From: Kiritimatiellia bacterium | GTDB lineage: Bacteria > Verrucomicrobiota > Kiritimatiellia > JAAZAB01 | Direction of reading: 5' to 3' | Length of the DNA: 44,655 bases | Assembly (NCBI GenBank): GCA_041674125.1 | Contig: JBAYWJ010000001.1 | Coordinates: forward strand, 1-44,655 | In this document: in pieces, positions 33,062 through 40,960 of the stretch | Layout of the letters: every line of letters begins with the position of its first letter | Numbering within the stretch: the stretch's first letter is position 1 | Program-made: the position numbers and the translations under genes | The notes under the pieces: generated by a model | What the model was told of the DNA's origin: nothing | What the model saw: the letters and a program-made list of their open reading frames with translations, nothing else | Database searches by the model: none

Positions 33062-34273
33062 GTGCATAAGATCATAGAAACAAAAGCCATCTGCAAACAG
33101 CCGCGGAAATACATCGGCTGGCCCACCGTGGCGCGCGCGCCGGACGGGACGGTCTACGCCGTATTTTCGGGGGACCGCGACGCACACGTCTGCCCGTTCG
33201 GCAAAAGCTATATCATGTCCTCGAAAGACGGGGGCATTTCCTGGAGCGAGCCGCGGGTTGTGAACGACACGCCGCTCGACGACCGCGATACGGGGCTTTG
33301 CGTGCTTCCAGACGGCACCCTGGTTATTACCTGGTTTACTTCTTATTATTACCGGGCTTACGAGGTGAACTGGGCGGGATATAGTCAGTCGGGTAAATAC
33401 ACCAAAAAAGTCCTTCCCTGGGCCGAGTGGGAAAAGGAGCTGAAGGCCATAACCCCTGATGACCTCGATATATGGGCGCCCTTCATAACCTGTCCCGCCC
33501 CTGAAGAATCCGAAAAGTGGGCGAAGGCGTGGGCTGATCTTGGCTGTGAAAGCTCGGTCGCCTACGATCCAAGGTTTCCGGCGCCAACCCGGAGATTTGG
33601 CTATTGGACCCGGCGCTCCCATGACGGCGGGCAAACCTGGGACCGGCCGACCCTTTCGCCGGCCAGCGCGCCGCACGGGCCGAACGTCCTGCCGGATGGA
33701 AAACTGATTTACGCCGGCATAGACCTTGCCTGGTCAGGAAATATCGGCGTAGCCGTTTCACCCGACAGGGGATTGAGCTGGAAAACGCTTGCTGCTTTGA
33801 AAGCCCGGGTCGGGCGGAAGGATGGAATTGATGCCCGGCTCTGCGAGCCGCACGTGGTGTGCGCGCCTTCGGGAAAGCTGGTAGGCCTGGCGCGCTACCA
33901 GGCGGCGCTCCCGGGCGAGGAGCGTTTCCTCTGGCAATTCGACAGCGAGGATGGCGGCGCGACCTGGAGCGAGCCGCGCCCGACGCCGCTGAACGGCTAC
34001 CCGCCGCACCTTTTGCGGGTGAGCGACGGCCGGCTGCTGGCCAGCTTCGGTGTTCGCCACGAGCCGCTTGGGAACCGCTTCTGCTTCAGCAGCGACGAGG
34101 GCCGCACCTGGGATGTCGCCGGCCAGCTGCATGTGGGGGGAGCCCCGGACAAGGACCTGGGATACCCGGCCACGGCGGAAATGGCGCCGGGCAGTTTTCT
34201 CTCGGTTTATTACCGCAAAGACCATGCCGACGAAAAACCATGCCTGATGATGACGCGTTGGTGTGAAGATTAA
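33062..34273 (+). CDS. BNR/Asp-box beta-propeller protein (sialidase/GH33-like fold), no signal peptide
   Basis: Five Asp-boxes are present: SKDGGISW, SHDGGQTW, SPDRGLSW, SEDGGATW and SSDEGRTW. GTG start at 33062, 8 nt after AAAGGAGA. Confidence 0.8.
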   Translation: MHKIIETKAICKQPRKYIGWPTVARAPDGTVYAVFSGDRDAHVCPFGKSYIMSSKDGGISWSEPRVVNDTPLDDRDTGLCVLPDGTLVITWFTSYYYRAYEVNWAGYSQSGKYTKKVLPWAEWEKELKAITPDDLDIWAPFITCPAPEESEKWAKAWADLGCESSVAYDPRFPAPTRRFGYWTRRSHDGGQTWDRPTLSPASAPHGPNVLPDGKLIYAGIDLAWSGNIGVAVSPDRGLSWKTLAALKARVGRKDGIDARLCEPHVVCAPSGKLVGLARYQAALPGEERFLWQFDSEDGGATWSEPRPTPLNGYPPHLLRVSDGRLLASFGVRHEPLGNRFCFSSDEGRTWDVAGQLHVGGAPDKDLGYPATAEMAPGSFLSVYYRKDHADEKPCLMMTRWCED

Positions 34274-34323
34274 GTATAAAATAATTCATTGACGATATAA
34301 AGACGTGTAACGGAACATAAAAC

Positions 34324-36798
34324 ATGCCGCGAATATTTGCATTCTATAGAATAACCATCATCGCTGCTATCCTCGCGCTCGGACACACTGGCGCATTCGG
34401 GTTGCAATTCATTGCCAGGGACGGAAAGCCCAATGCCGAAATCGTCATTACCGAAAAGCCGGCGCGCCTGACGAAGCTGGCGGCGCGCGAACTGCAAACT
34501 TATATCCGTAAAATCAGCGGGGCGGAGTTGGCGGTAACGAACGCACCCGGCGGCGCGCCGGTGCAGGTTTACGTCGGTAAAAGCGCATACACTGATAAGC
34601 TGGGCCTGGACACCTCCGGGTTGAAATACGGCGCCTTCCGGATGGCTTCCGGTACTAATTATCTCGCCCTTCTCGGACCGGACAAGGATTTTGTGCCGAT
34701 CGAGCCCTGGGTGCATGACCGGAAAGACAGGGAGCGAGTCCTGCAGGAATGGGACAAGATCACCGGGGACAAATTCGCCTCGCCCTATTCGCACCAGTAC
34801 CGGCGCTACTCGGCCTCGCTGGATTTCTGGGAGGATGACGACGCCGGCACACTGAACGCCGTGCACGAGTTTTTGCGCTCGCTCGGGGTGCGCTGGTATT
34901 TTCCCGGTGAGATCGGGGAAGTCGTGCCGAAGCTGGAGAACATCGAGTTGCCGCAAGTTGAAAGGACGGTAAGGCCGGATTTCCCGCTGCGTTACCTGCA
35001 ATGGGTATACAAGAGTGCCGGTCTGCCGGAGGACGATTTGTGGTGGAGCCTGCGCCTGGGGGGGAGCGGGAGCTTGGAGCTGCTCGGGCTTACGCAGACC
35101 TGCCACGGGATGAAGTTCGTCACCACGCGCGATGAGATGAAGAAGGAACACCCGGAATATTATGCTCTCTGGAACGGTAAACGGGCGACGGACCACCGCG
35201 AGTGCGGGGCGCCCTGCCTCTCATCGGAAGGGGTCTTCCAAGAGCACCTGAAATACGCCCGCGCGGTTTTTGACCATTACCGCGAACCATTGATATCGCT
35301 GGACGTGTGCGACGGCTACTCAAGGCTTTGCGGGTGCGACCTGTGCCGCGGCAAGGATGACAAGAATTATGAATGGAGCGGCAACCTGGCTGGCCGCGGC
35401 CTTCTTTCGGATTACATCTGGGAATATACGCAGCGCGTGGCGCGGGAATTGCAGAAGAGCCATCCGGACCGGCGGGTGAGCGGCATTGCCTACGGCTCCC
35501 ACATGCTGCCGCCGGAAAAAATCGCCAAGCTCAATCCCAACCTGTCCGTGCTGATCAACCAGCGCCGCAGCAACTTCCACGATCCGGCCGTGTGGGAAGA
35601 ATATATCAAACTCCGCAAGGCCTGGCTGGAAAAGCTGAACGGAGGCGATCTTTTCATCTTCGAGCATTATTCGCCGAACGAGGGCCTTCCGGATTACAAC
35701 ATGCGGGCCATCGCCGCCGACCTGCGCTCATTGAAGGGAATATCGAAGGGCGATACGGTAGAGCTTTTCCACCATCGTCCGACGGATAAGTTCGCCTGGC
35801 ATGCCATGGCGGTAATGCATCTTAACCTGTACGTGACCGCGCGCCTGTGGTGGGATGCCAACCAGGACCTGGACGCTCTCCTGGAGGAATACTACACCCT
35901 CTTTTACGGACCTGCCCGCGGTCAGATGAAAGCCTTTATCGAGTTTTCCGAGGCAAACTGGCCCGGGATGACCACGCAGCCCGGACTAATTGACCGGGCG
36001 CTGGAATTGCTGAAAGCGGCCCGCACCGCAGCCGGCGACGGCATTTACGGACAGCGGGTGGATTTGCTTGTGGCCTACTGCGAGCCCCTGCGGCAGTTGC
36101 GCTCTCGCCTGGGCAAGGAGCGGGTGGATGTGCCCCAGGCGCGAGCCCTGGAACAAAGCATGAAGGGCGAGCCGCTGGACGGCAACCTGGACAACGAAGC
36201 CTACTGGCCTAAAAAAACCAGGGTTTACCGGCTGTACGACCTGGAGAGCGGGAAAACCACGGGCGGGTCCGGCTCGATTAATCCCCGGACGACGTTCCAG
36301 GTGTTCCATGGCAGGGACAATGCCCTGTATTTTGGCATCCGCTGCGCGGAACCGGACATGGTGAACCTCAACATCACGGCCACCCGAAACGGCGACACGA
36401 ATATCTGGGCCGGCGATTACATCGAGCTCCTGGTCGAAACCCAGGTGCATTCTTACTATAGGATTGCCGTCAACCCGGCCGGAGCGCTGGTGGATGCGGA
36501 CATGGGCGCGGGCGGAGGCGTAAACCCGGATTGGGATTCATCGGCCGTGGCCGCCGTGCAACGCGGCACCAGCGGCTGGACCGTGGAAATGCGCGTTCCC
36601 TGGGCAGGCGATGATGCCCGCGACGCGGATCCCCTGCTCGGGATTGCCGGGCGCAAGCCCGGACTGAAATATCCCTGGTTCATCAACGTCTGCCGCCAGC
36701 GCATACGCAATGGCAAGTTGGAGCGCTCGGCCTGGTCGCCGACCGGCACGAACACTTTTTATGACGATATGAAATTCGGCGAGCTTTACATTAAATAG
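34324..36798 (+). CDS. Secreted DUF4838-like / CBM9-like protein (paralog 4)
   Basis: Signal-like ITIIAAILALGHTGAFG. FIARDGKPNAEIVITE, AGTLNAVHEFLRSLGVRWYFPGEIGEVVP, HPEYYALWNGKRA, PCLSS...LCGCDLCRGKDD, LDGNLDNEAYW, PWFINVCRQRIR, MKFGELYIK. Confidence 0.85.
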   Translation: MPRIFAFYRITIIAAILALGHTGAFGLQFIARDGKPNAEIVITEKPARLTKLAARELQTYIRKISGAELAVTNAPGGAPVQVYVGKSAYTDKLGLDTSGLKYGAFRMASGTNYLALLGPDKDFVPIEPWVHDRKDRERVLQEWDKITGDKFASPYSHQYRRYSASLDFWEDDDAGTLNAVHEFLRSLGVRWYFPGEIGEVVPKLENIELPQVERTVRPDFPLRYLQWVYKSAGLPEDDLWWSLRLGGSGSLELLGLTQTCHGMKFVTTRDEMKKEHPEYYALWNGKRATDHRECGAPCLSSEGVFQEHLKYARAVFDHYREPLISLDVCDGYSRLCGCDLCRGKDDKNYEWSGNLAGRGLLSDYIWEYTQRVARELQKSHPDRRVSGIAYGSHMLPPEKIAKLNPNLSVLINQRRSNFHDPAVWEEYIKLRKAWLEKLNGGDLFIFEHYSPNEGLPDYNMRAIAADLRSLKGISKGDTVELFHHRPTDKFAWHAMAVMHLNLYVTARLWWDANQDLDALLEEYYTLFYGPARGQMKAFIEFSEANWPGMTTQPGLIDRALELLKAARTAAGDGIYGQRVDLLVAYCEPLRQLRSRLGKERVDVPQARALEQSMKGEPLDGNLDNEAYWPKKTRVYRLYDLESGKTTGGSGSINPRTTFQVFHGRDNALYFGIRCAEPDMVNLNITATRNGDTNIWAGDYIELLVETQVHSYYRIAVNPAGALVDADMGAGGGVNPDWDSSAVAAVQRGTSGWTVEMRVPWAGDDARDADPLLGIAGRKPGLKYPWFINVCRQRIRNGKLERSAWSPTGTNTFYDDMKFGELYIK

Positions 36799-36825
36799 CC
36801 GGCCTGATGCTGCTCACTTAAAAAA

Positions 36826-38115
36826 TCAGCGCACGCTGAAAATCATCCCCGGCAGGTGGTATTCGTAACAGCCCATGTCCACGATGCCGGAAAAGCGGTC
36901 AACCCGCGAACGCCGGTCCAGGTCCGGGGCGCCGGCCATCCAGGCCTGGTTGGTGCCGGCATTGATGCAGGGGGAACCATCCGAGAGGCGGAAATCGCCC
37001 GCCGCATAATCCACGAAGGCCGGGTAGTTTGTGGTGTTGCTCCCGGGGAAGGTGCCGAGCAGGCCGTTGGTTATGGTGCAGGAATAATACATGTAGAGGT
37101 TTGTGATAGCCGTGCCGGGCCCCATGGAACAGGCATTGCCGGTAAAATTGACGGGCGTGTTTGAATAGATGATTGAGTTCAGTATGTTCAAGGTCCAGTT
37201 GGAGCGCCGGGCGTGGATGCCGCCGCCGACCGTGTGGCCGAAAATCACACAGTTTTCCAGGTTGAGCATGCACTCGGCCGGGTCAGCGCCCGATCCAACC
37301 ACGCTGAAAATGGCATAGCCGCAATAGGGGTAATTGCCCCAGTTGTCGTATATAAGCGTATTTCGAAACGTTTGCCGGCTGCGGTACATATGCACGGCGG
37401 AACCCCCGCGATTGAGGTCGTTGCTTGCGCCCATCGACCGATTGCCGTGAAAGATGGAGTCGGTGACCAGGGCGTGATAGTTTATAAACATGCCACCGCC
37501 GCTTCCGGGGGCTACTCCTGCGGGATTATTCGTCGCCATATTATTCCGTATCACGCAGTTGGACACCGTCAGGTGGCGGCTGCTGTAAATTCCTCCGCCG
37601 TTATCGTACGTTTTATTATCGGTGATGGTGCAATTCTGCACAACGGTGGTCATGTAAGTTGCACTCACCGGCGTTACCAGGATTCCCCCGCCGTAGTTGG
37701 TGGCCGAACAGTTGGTGATCGTGAACCCGTCCACGATGTACAGGTTGGTGGTGGTGGTAAAGTTCTGGATCGTGATTCCGCGATATTGCCCGCCGCCGTC
37801 TATGATCGTGCTTTCCGGCGCGCTGTTCGAGCTGCGCAAGGCCAGCGCCTTGTTGAGGACCACCACCGTCGGCCCGTAGGTGTTCGAGGGAGCAGCCGGG
37901 GCGTAATAATGCCCTGCCCCGACCCAGATTGTGTCATTGACGGCCGCCTTATTGACGGCGTCCTGGATGTTGCTGGCCGCCTGCCCCCAGGTGACGTACC
38001 CGGCCCCGGGATCCGGGGTCTGGCCGTTCTGGGCAACGTAGCGGTCCGCGGCCGCGGCGCCAGCCGCGCAGAGCGCCGCCGCAAAGGCCGCAAAAAGTTT
38101 CATTGCCATTGTCAT
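36826..38115 (-). CDS. Secreted right-handed parallel beta-helix repeat protein (polysaccharide lyase/hydrolase- or adhesin-like)
   Basis: Signal peptide MKLFAAFAAALCAAGAAAA. The opening RYVAQNG...WGQAASNIQDAVNKAAVNDTIWVGAGHYY is typical of PbH1 proteins. Repeated NC.I..N units are present (NCSATN, NCTITDN, SNCVIRNN, DSIFHGN, ENCVIFGH), and the C-terminus has the ...VDMGCYEY motif. Confidence 0.75.
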   Translation of the reverse strand: MTMAMKLFAAFAAALCAAGAAAADRYVAQNGQTPDPGAGYVTWGQAASNIQDAVNKAAVNDTIWVGAGHYYAPAAPSNTYGPTVVVLNKALALRSSNSAPESTIIDGGGQYRGITIQNFTTTTNLYIVDGFTITNCSATNYGGGILVTPVSATYMTTVVQNCTITDNKTYDNGGGIYSSRHLTVSNCVIRNNMATNNPAGVAPGSGGGMFINYHALVTDSIFHGNRSMGASNDLNRGGSAVHMYRSRQTFRNTLIYDNWGNYPYCGYAIFSVVGSGADPAECMLNLENCVIFGHTVGGGIHARRSNWTLNILNSIIYSNTPVNFTGNACSMGPGTAITNLYMYYSCTITNGLLGTFPGSNTTNYPAFVDYAAGDFRLSDGSPCINAGTNQAWMAGAPDLDRRSRVDRFSGIVDMGCYEYHLPGMIFSVR

Positions 38116-38295
38116 GTAGATTTTCGTCCGGAACTTGCTTGTATGCCAATGATTTCAATTATGCCGGAGGGGCCTGCCTCTGTCAAAATATTATTCAATA
38201 AATACTGGCAATGTTGCATGCAAGCCCTACAATCGTCTGGAAAAAGCAATCTGGCCCGCCTCGGTAAAATTACAGGTAACAGGAGGAAAACAAAT

Positions 38296-40755
38296 ATGAA
38301 CCTCAGAAAAATGCTCAGCGCCGCGCTCATGTCCGCGCTTGTTCTGTGCCTCGTCATACCGGCGGGATGGGCCGCAGAGTTCATTGTCAAGGAAGGCAAG
38401 CCCCAGGCCGATATTATCATCCCCGAAAAGCCCACCCGCATGCAGAAGCTGGCGGCGGAAGAATTGCAGAAGTACGTTGAAAAAATATCCGGAGCCAAAT
38501 TGGCGGTCACAAACGCACCGGGCTCTGACTTGCCTGTCAAGATCTACGTGGGCAAAAGCGCATCCACCGACAAACTCGGCCTGGACAACAAGGACCTTGA
38601 CCACGGCGCCTATCTCATGAAATCCGGGGCGGACTCGTCCGCCAAGGTGGATTACCTCGCCCTGATGGGCAAGGATACGGATTACTTCCAGGAAAAGCCC
38701 GGCAGCGGCGGCGATGTTTATCCCGTCAACAGCGGTGACCGTAAACGTGCCGTCGAGGCCTGGGTAAAGAAGCACGGCGAACAGTGGAGTACGCCTTTCA
38801 TGTCTTATTTCAAGGCTTATAATGCCAAGATGGGAATCTGGAGCGTTGACGAGCACGGGTCGCTGAACGCGGTCAATGATTTCCTGCGGTCGCTGGGAGT
38901 GGAATGGTACATGCCGGGCGACTTCGGCGAGATCCTGCCGAAGATGGCCTCCATTCCACTGCCGAAAATTGACAAGACCGTCCGGCCGGAATTCGCCTCG
39001 CGCCACATGGGTTTTTACCAGAACGCTCCTTTCCAGGCTTCCCCGGATGAAATGCTCTGGCAGTTGAGGCTGGGCCTCAATCCAAACGGCAACCTCGGCG
39101 GGCACGGCATCGCAAACATGCTCGGCCCGGAAAAGGTCAAGAAAGAGCACCCTGAATATTTTGCCTTGTATGGCGGCAAACGCGAGACCGAAAGCCGCGG
39201 CGGCAAGCCCTGCTATTCCTCGCAGGGATTGATGGAGTCTTCCCTTGGTTTTACCCGCCTGATGTTCGACCATTACAAAGAGGATATCGTCTCCCTGATG
39301 CCGACCGACGGCTACGCCTACTTCTGCCAGTGCGACCTGTGCAAGGGCAAGGACACGCCCGCGCGCGGCTACGACGGCATGATGTCGGATTACGTCTGGG
39401 ATTTCATCAACCGCGCCGCGGCCGAATCGGCCAAGACCCATCCAGGCAAAAAAATCAGCTGCTACGCTTATTCCACCTACCTGCTGCCGCCGGAAAAGAT
39501 AGAGAACTTCCACCCCAATGTCGCCATGGGGATCTGCCAGCACCGCAGCCGGTTCTGCGACCCGGCCGTCCGTAAGAAATACCTTGCTGTCCGCGAAGAG
39601 TTCCTGAAAAAACTGCCCGGCAAAAAAATCGGCACCTATGACTATTACCTGGACCCGCGCGCAGGCGTGCCGGTCTATTTCCCGCGCATCATCGCCGAGG
39701 ACATGAAGTGGCTCAAGGGCAAGGTTCACGGCGAATACATGGAAGTTTACCGCAGCGCCAGCTCGGCCAACAACCCCAAGCCCGACCCGGCCCTGGCCGC
39801 CAACCACCTCAACCTCTGGCTCACGGCCCGCCTCTACTGGGATCCCGACCGGGACGCGGAGGCCATGCTCGCGAAATACTTCCGCGATTTCTACGGCCCG
39901 GCGGAAAAGGAAATGAAGGCCTTCGTAGAGTTTTGCGAAAAAAATCATACCCTCATGCGCAGCAAGGTGGAAACCATTGACGCCGCCTTCAAACTGCTGG
40001 CCAAGGCCCAAAAGGCCGCCGGCGTGGGCAACATCCACGCCGACCGCGTCCAGCTGCTGGCCGAGCTCATGTCCCCGCTGCGCGAGCTGCGCGAAAAGCT
40101 GGAAGTCGGCCGCAAGAACAACCCCGTGGCCATGCTTGCCGACCGCGGCAAGGAAGTGCCCAAGCTTGACGGCAACTTTGACGATGCATTCTGGAAGGAC
40201 GCACCTTCCTACGAACTCAGGGACCTCAAAACCGGCGCCGCAATGACCAACAAGGCCAGCTTCAAGATGGCTTGGGCCAACGACAGCCTTTATTTCGCCA
40301 TCCGCTGCGATGACAGCGACATGAAGAACATTTATATTCCCGCCACGAAAAACGGCGACAGCCTCATCTTCGACGGCGACGCCGTGGAAATCGAACTTGA
40401 GTCGCCGTCCCATTCCTATTACCAGATTGCCATTGACCCGGCCGGCCACGTCATTGATCTGGACCGCAAGAGCGGATTCGGTTCCCAGTGGGAATCGGGG
40501 ATCGAGGCGGTTGTTGTAAAGAATGAAACATCCTGGAGCATCGAGGCGCGCCTGCCGGTCATGGGCGCCACCCAGGAGGAGCTGAACCCGGAGCTTGGCA
40601 TTTCCGGCGACAAGCCCACTTCGGATACCCCGTGGTATTTCAACGTCTGTCGCTTGCGCAAACGCGATAAAGTTGTTGAAACCTCGGCTTTTTCCCCGAC
40701 CGAAACGGGCGGGTTTCACAACGTCATGAAGTTCGGCAAGCTTTCCGTCAAGTGA
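38296..40755 (+). CDS. Secreted DUF4838-like / CBM9-like protein (paralog 5)
   Basis: AGGAGG RBS before ATG 38296, with signal peptide MNLRKMLSAALMSALVLCLVIPAGWA. FIVKEGKPQADIIIPE, HGSLNAVNDFLRSLGVEWYMPGDFGEILP, HPEYFALYGGKRE, PCYSS...FCQCDLCKGKD, LDGNFDDAFWKD, PWYFNVCRLRKR, MKFGKLSVK. The 37213 start in the ORF track is a read-through of antisense sequence. Confidence 0.85.
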   Translation: MNLRKMLSAALMSALVLCLVIPAGWAAEFIVKEGKPQADIIIPEKPTRMQKLAAEELQKYVEKISGAKLAVTNAPGSDLPVKIYVGKSASTDKLGLDNKDLDHGAYLMKSGADSSAKVDYLALMGKDTDYFQEKPGSGGDVYPVNSGDRKRAVEAWVKKHGEQWSTPFMSYFKAYNAKMGIWSVDEHGSLNAVNDFLRSLGVEWYMPGDFGEILPKMASIPLPKIDKTVRPEFASRHMGFYQNAPFQASPDEMLWQLRLGLNPNGNLGGHGIANMLGPEKVKKEHPEYFALYGGKRETESRGGKPCYSSQGLMESSLGFTRLMFDHYKEDIVSLMPTDGYAYFCQCDLCKGKDTPARGYDGMMSDYVWDFINRAAAESAKTHPGKKISCYAYSTYLLPPEKIENFHPNVAMGICQHRSRFCDPAVRKKYLAVREEFLKKLPGKKIGTYDYYLDPRAGVPVYFPRIIAEDMKWLKGKVHGEYMEVYRSASSANNPKPDPALAANHLNLWLTARLYWDPDRDAEAMLAKYFRDFYGPAEKEMKAFVEFCEKNHTLMRSKVETIDAAFKLLAKAQKAAGVGNIHADRVQLLAELMSPLRELREKLEVGRKNNPVAMLADRGKEVPKLDGNFDDAFWKDAPSYELRDLKTGAAMTNKASFKMAWANDSLYFAIRCDDSDMKNIYIPATKNGDSLIFDGDAVEIELESPSHSYYQIAIDPAGHVIDLDRKSGFGSQWESGIEAVVVKNETSWSIEARLPVMGATQEELNPELGISGDKPTSDTPWYFNVCRLRKRDKVVETSAFSPTETGGFHNVMKFGKLSVK

Positions 40756-40787
40756 AGCTGCCGGCCCGGGCCGCGGACTATTTTCCA

Positions 40788-40820
40788 GCGCGGATTAGGG
40801 AGTTAATACCGTATCCGCGC
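40788..40820 (+). terminator. Hairpin downstream of paralog 5 (weak terminator candidate)
   Basis: gcgcggat, a 17-nt loop, then atccgcgc: a perfect 8-bp stem, 33 nt after the stop codon. No U-run. Confidence 0.3.
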
Positions 40821-40881
40821 TTCGCACAGGCCGGGCCAGGAAACGTAAAAACGCGACGCACCAAAACATATCCTCAAGATA

Positions 40882-40928
40882 TTGACAGATACCGCAAATG
40901 ATGCAAACATTATTGCCAACGATGGCAA
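40882..40928 (+). promoter_or_regulatory. Second copy of the promoter plus LacI-type operator module, upstream of paralog 6
   Basis: TTGACA (40882-40887), a 17-nt spacer, AAACAT (40905-40910), then TATTGCCAACGATGGCAA (40911-40928). This is 33 nt upstream of ATG 40961. The 25-nt stretch TATTGCCAACGATGGCAA-N-TAATT is identical at 24/25 positions to 11744-11768. Confidence 0.6.
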
Positions 40929-40960
40929 CTAATTATTTCTCTCGAGGCGGGGGCAAAACG

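Noticed and set aside
37213-38295. N-terminal 361 codons of the 1180-aa ORF 37213..40755
   Set aside because: This portion is antisense to the beta-helix gene and has shadow-ORF composition. A strong AGGAGG RBS and a signal peptide begin at ATG 38296, which matches the start of the other paralogs.
38227-40719. 830-aa ORF on the - strand, and the similar 644-aa ORF at 41003..42937 (-)
   Set aside because: Both are full-length antisense shadows of paralogs 5 and 6. The + strand products carry signal peptides and share conserved motifs with four other paralogs. The - strand translations are repetitive in A/G/V/R/F with no motifs. The same reasoning applies to 16731..18095 (-), 23501..24892 (-), 29714..30568 (-), 30710..31471 (-), 34270..35196 (-), 9744..11087 (+) and 925..1671 (-).
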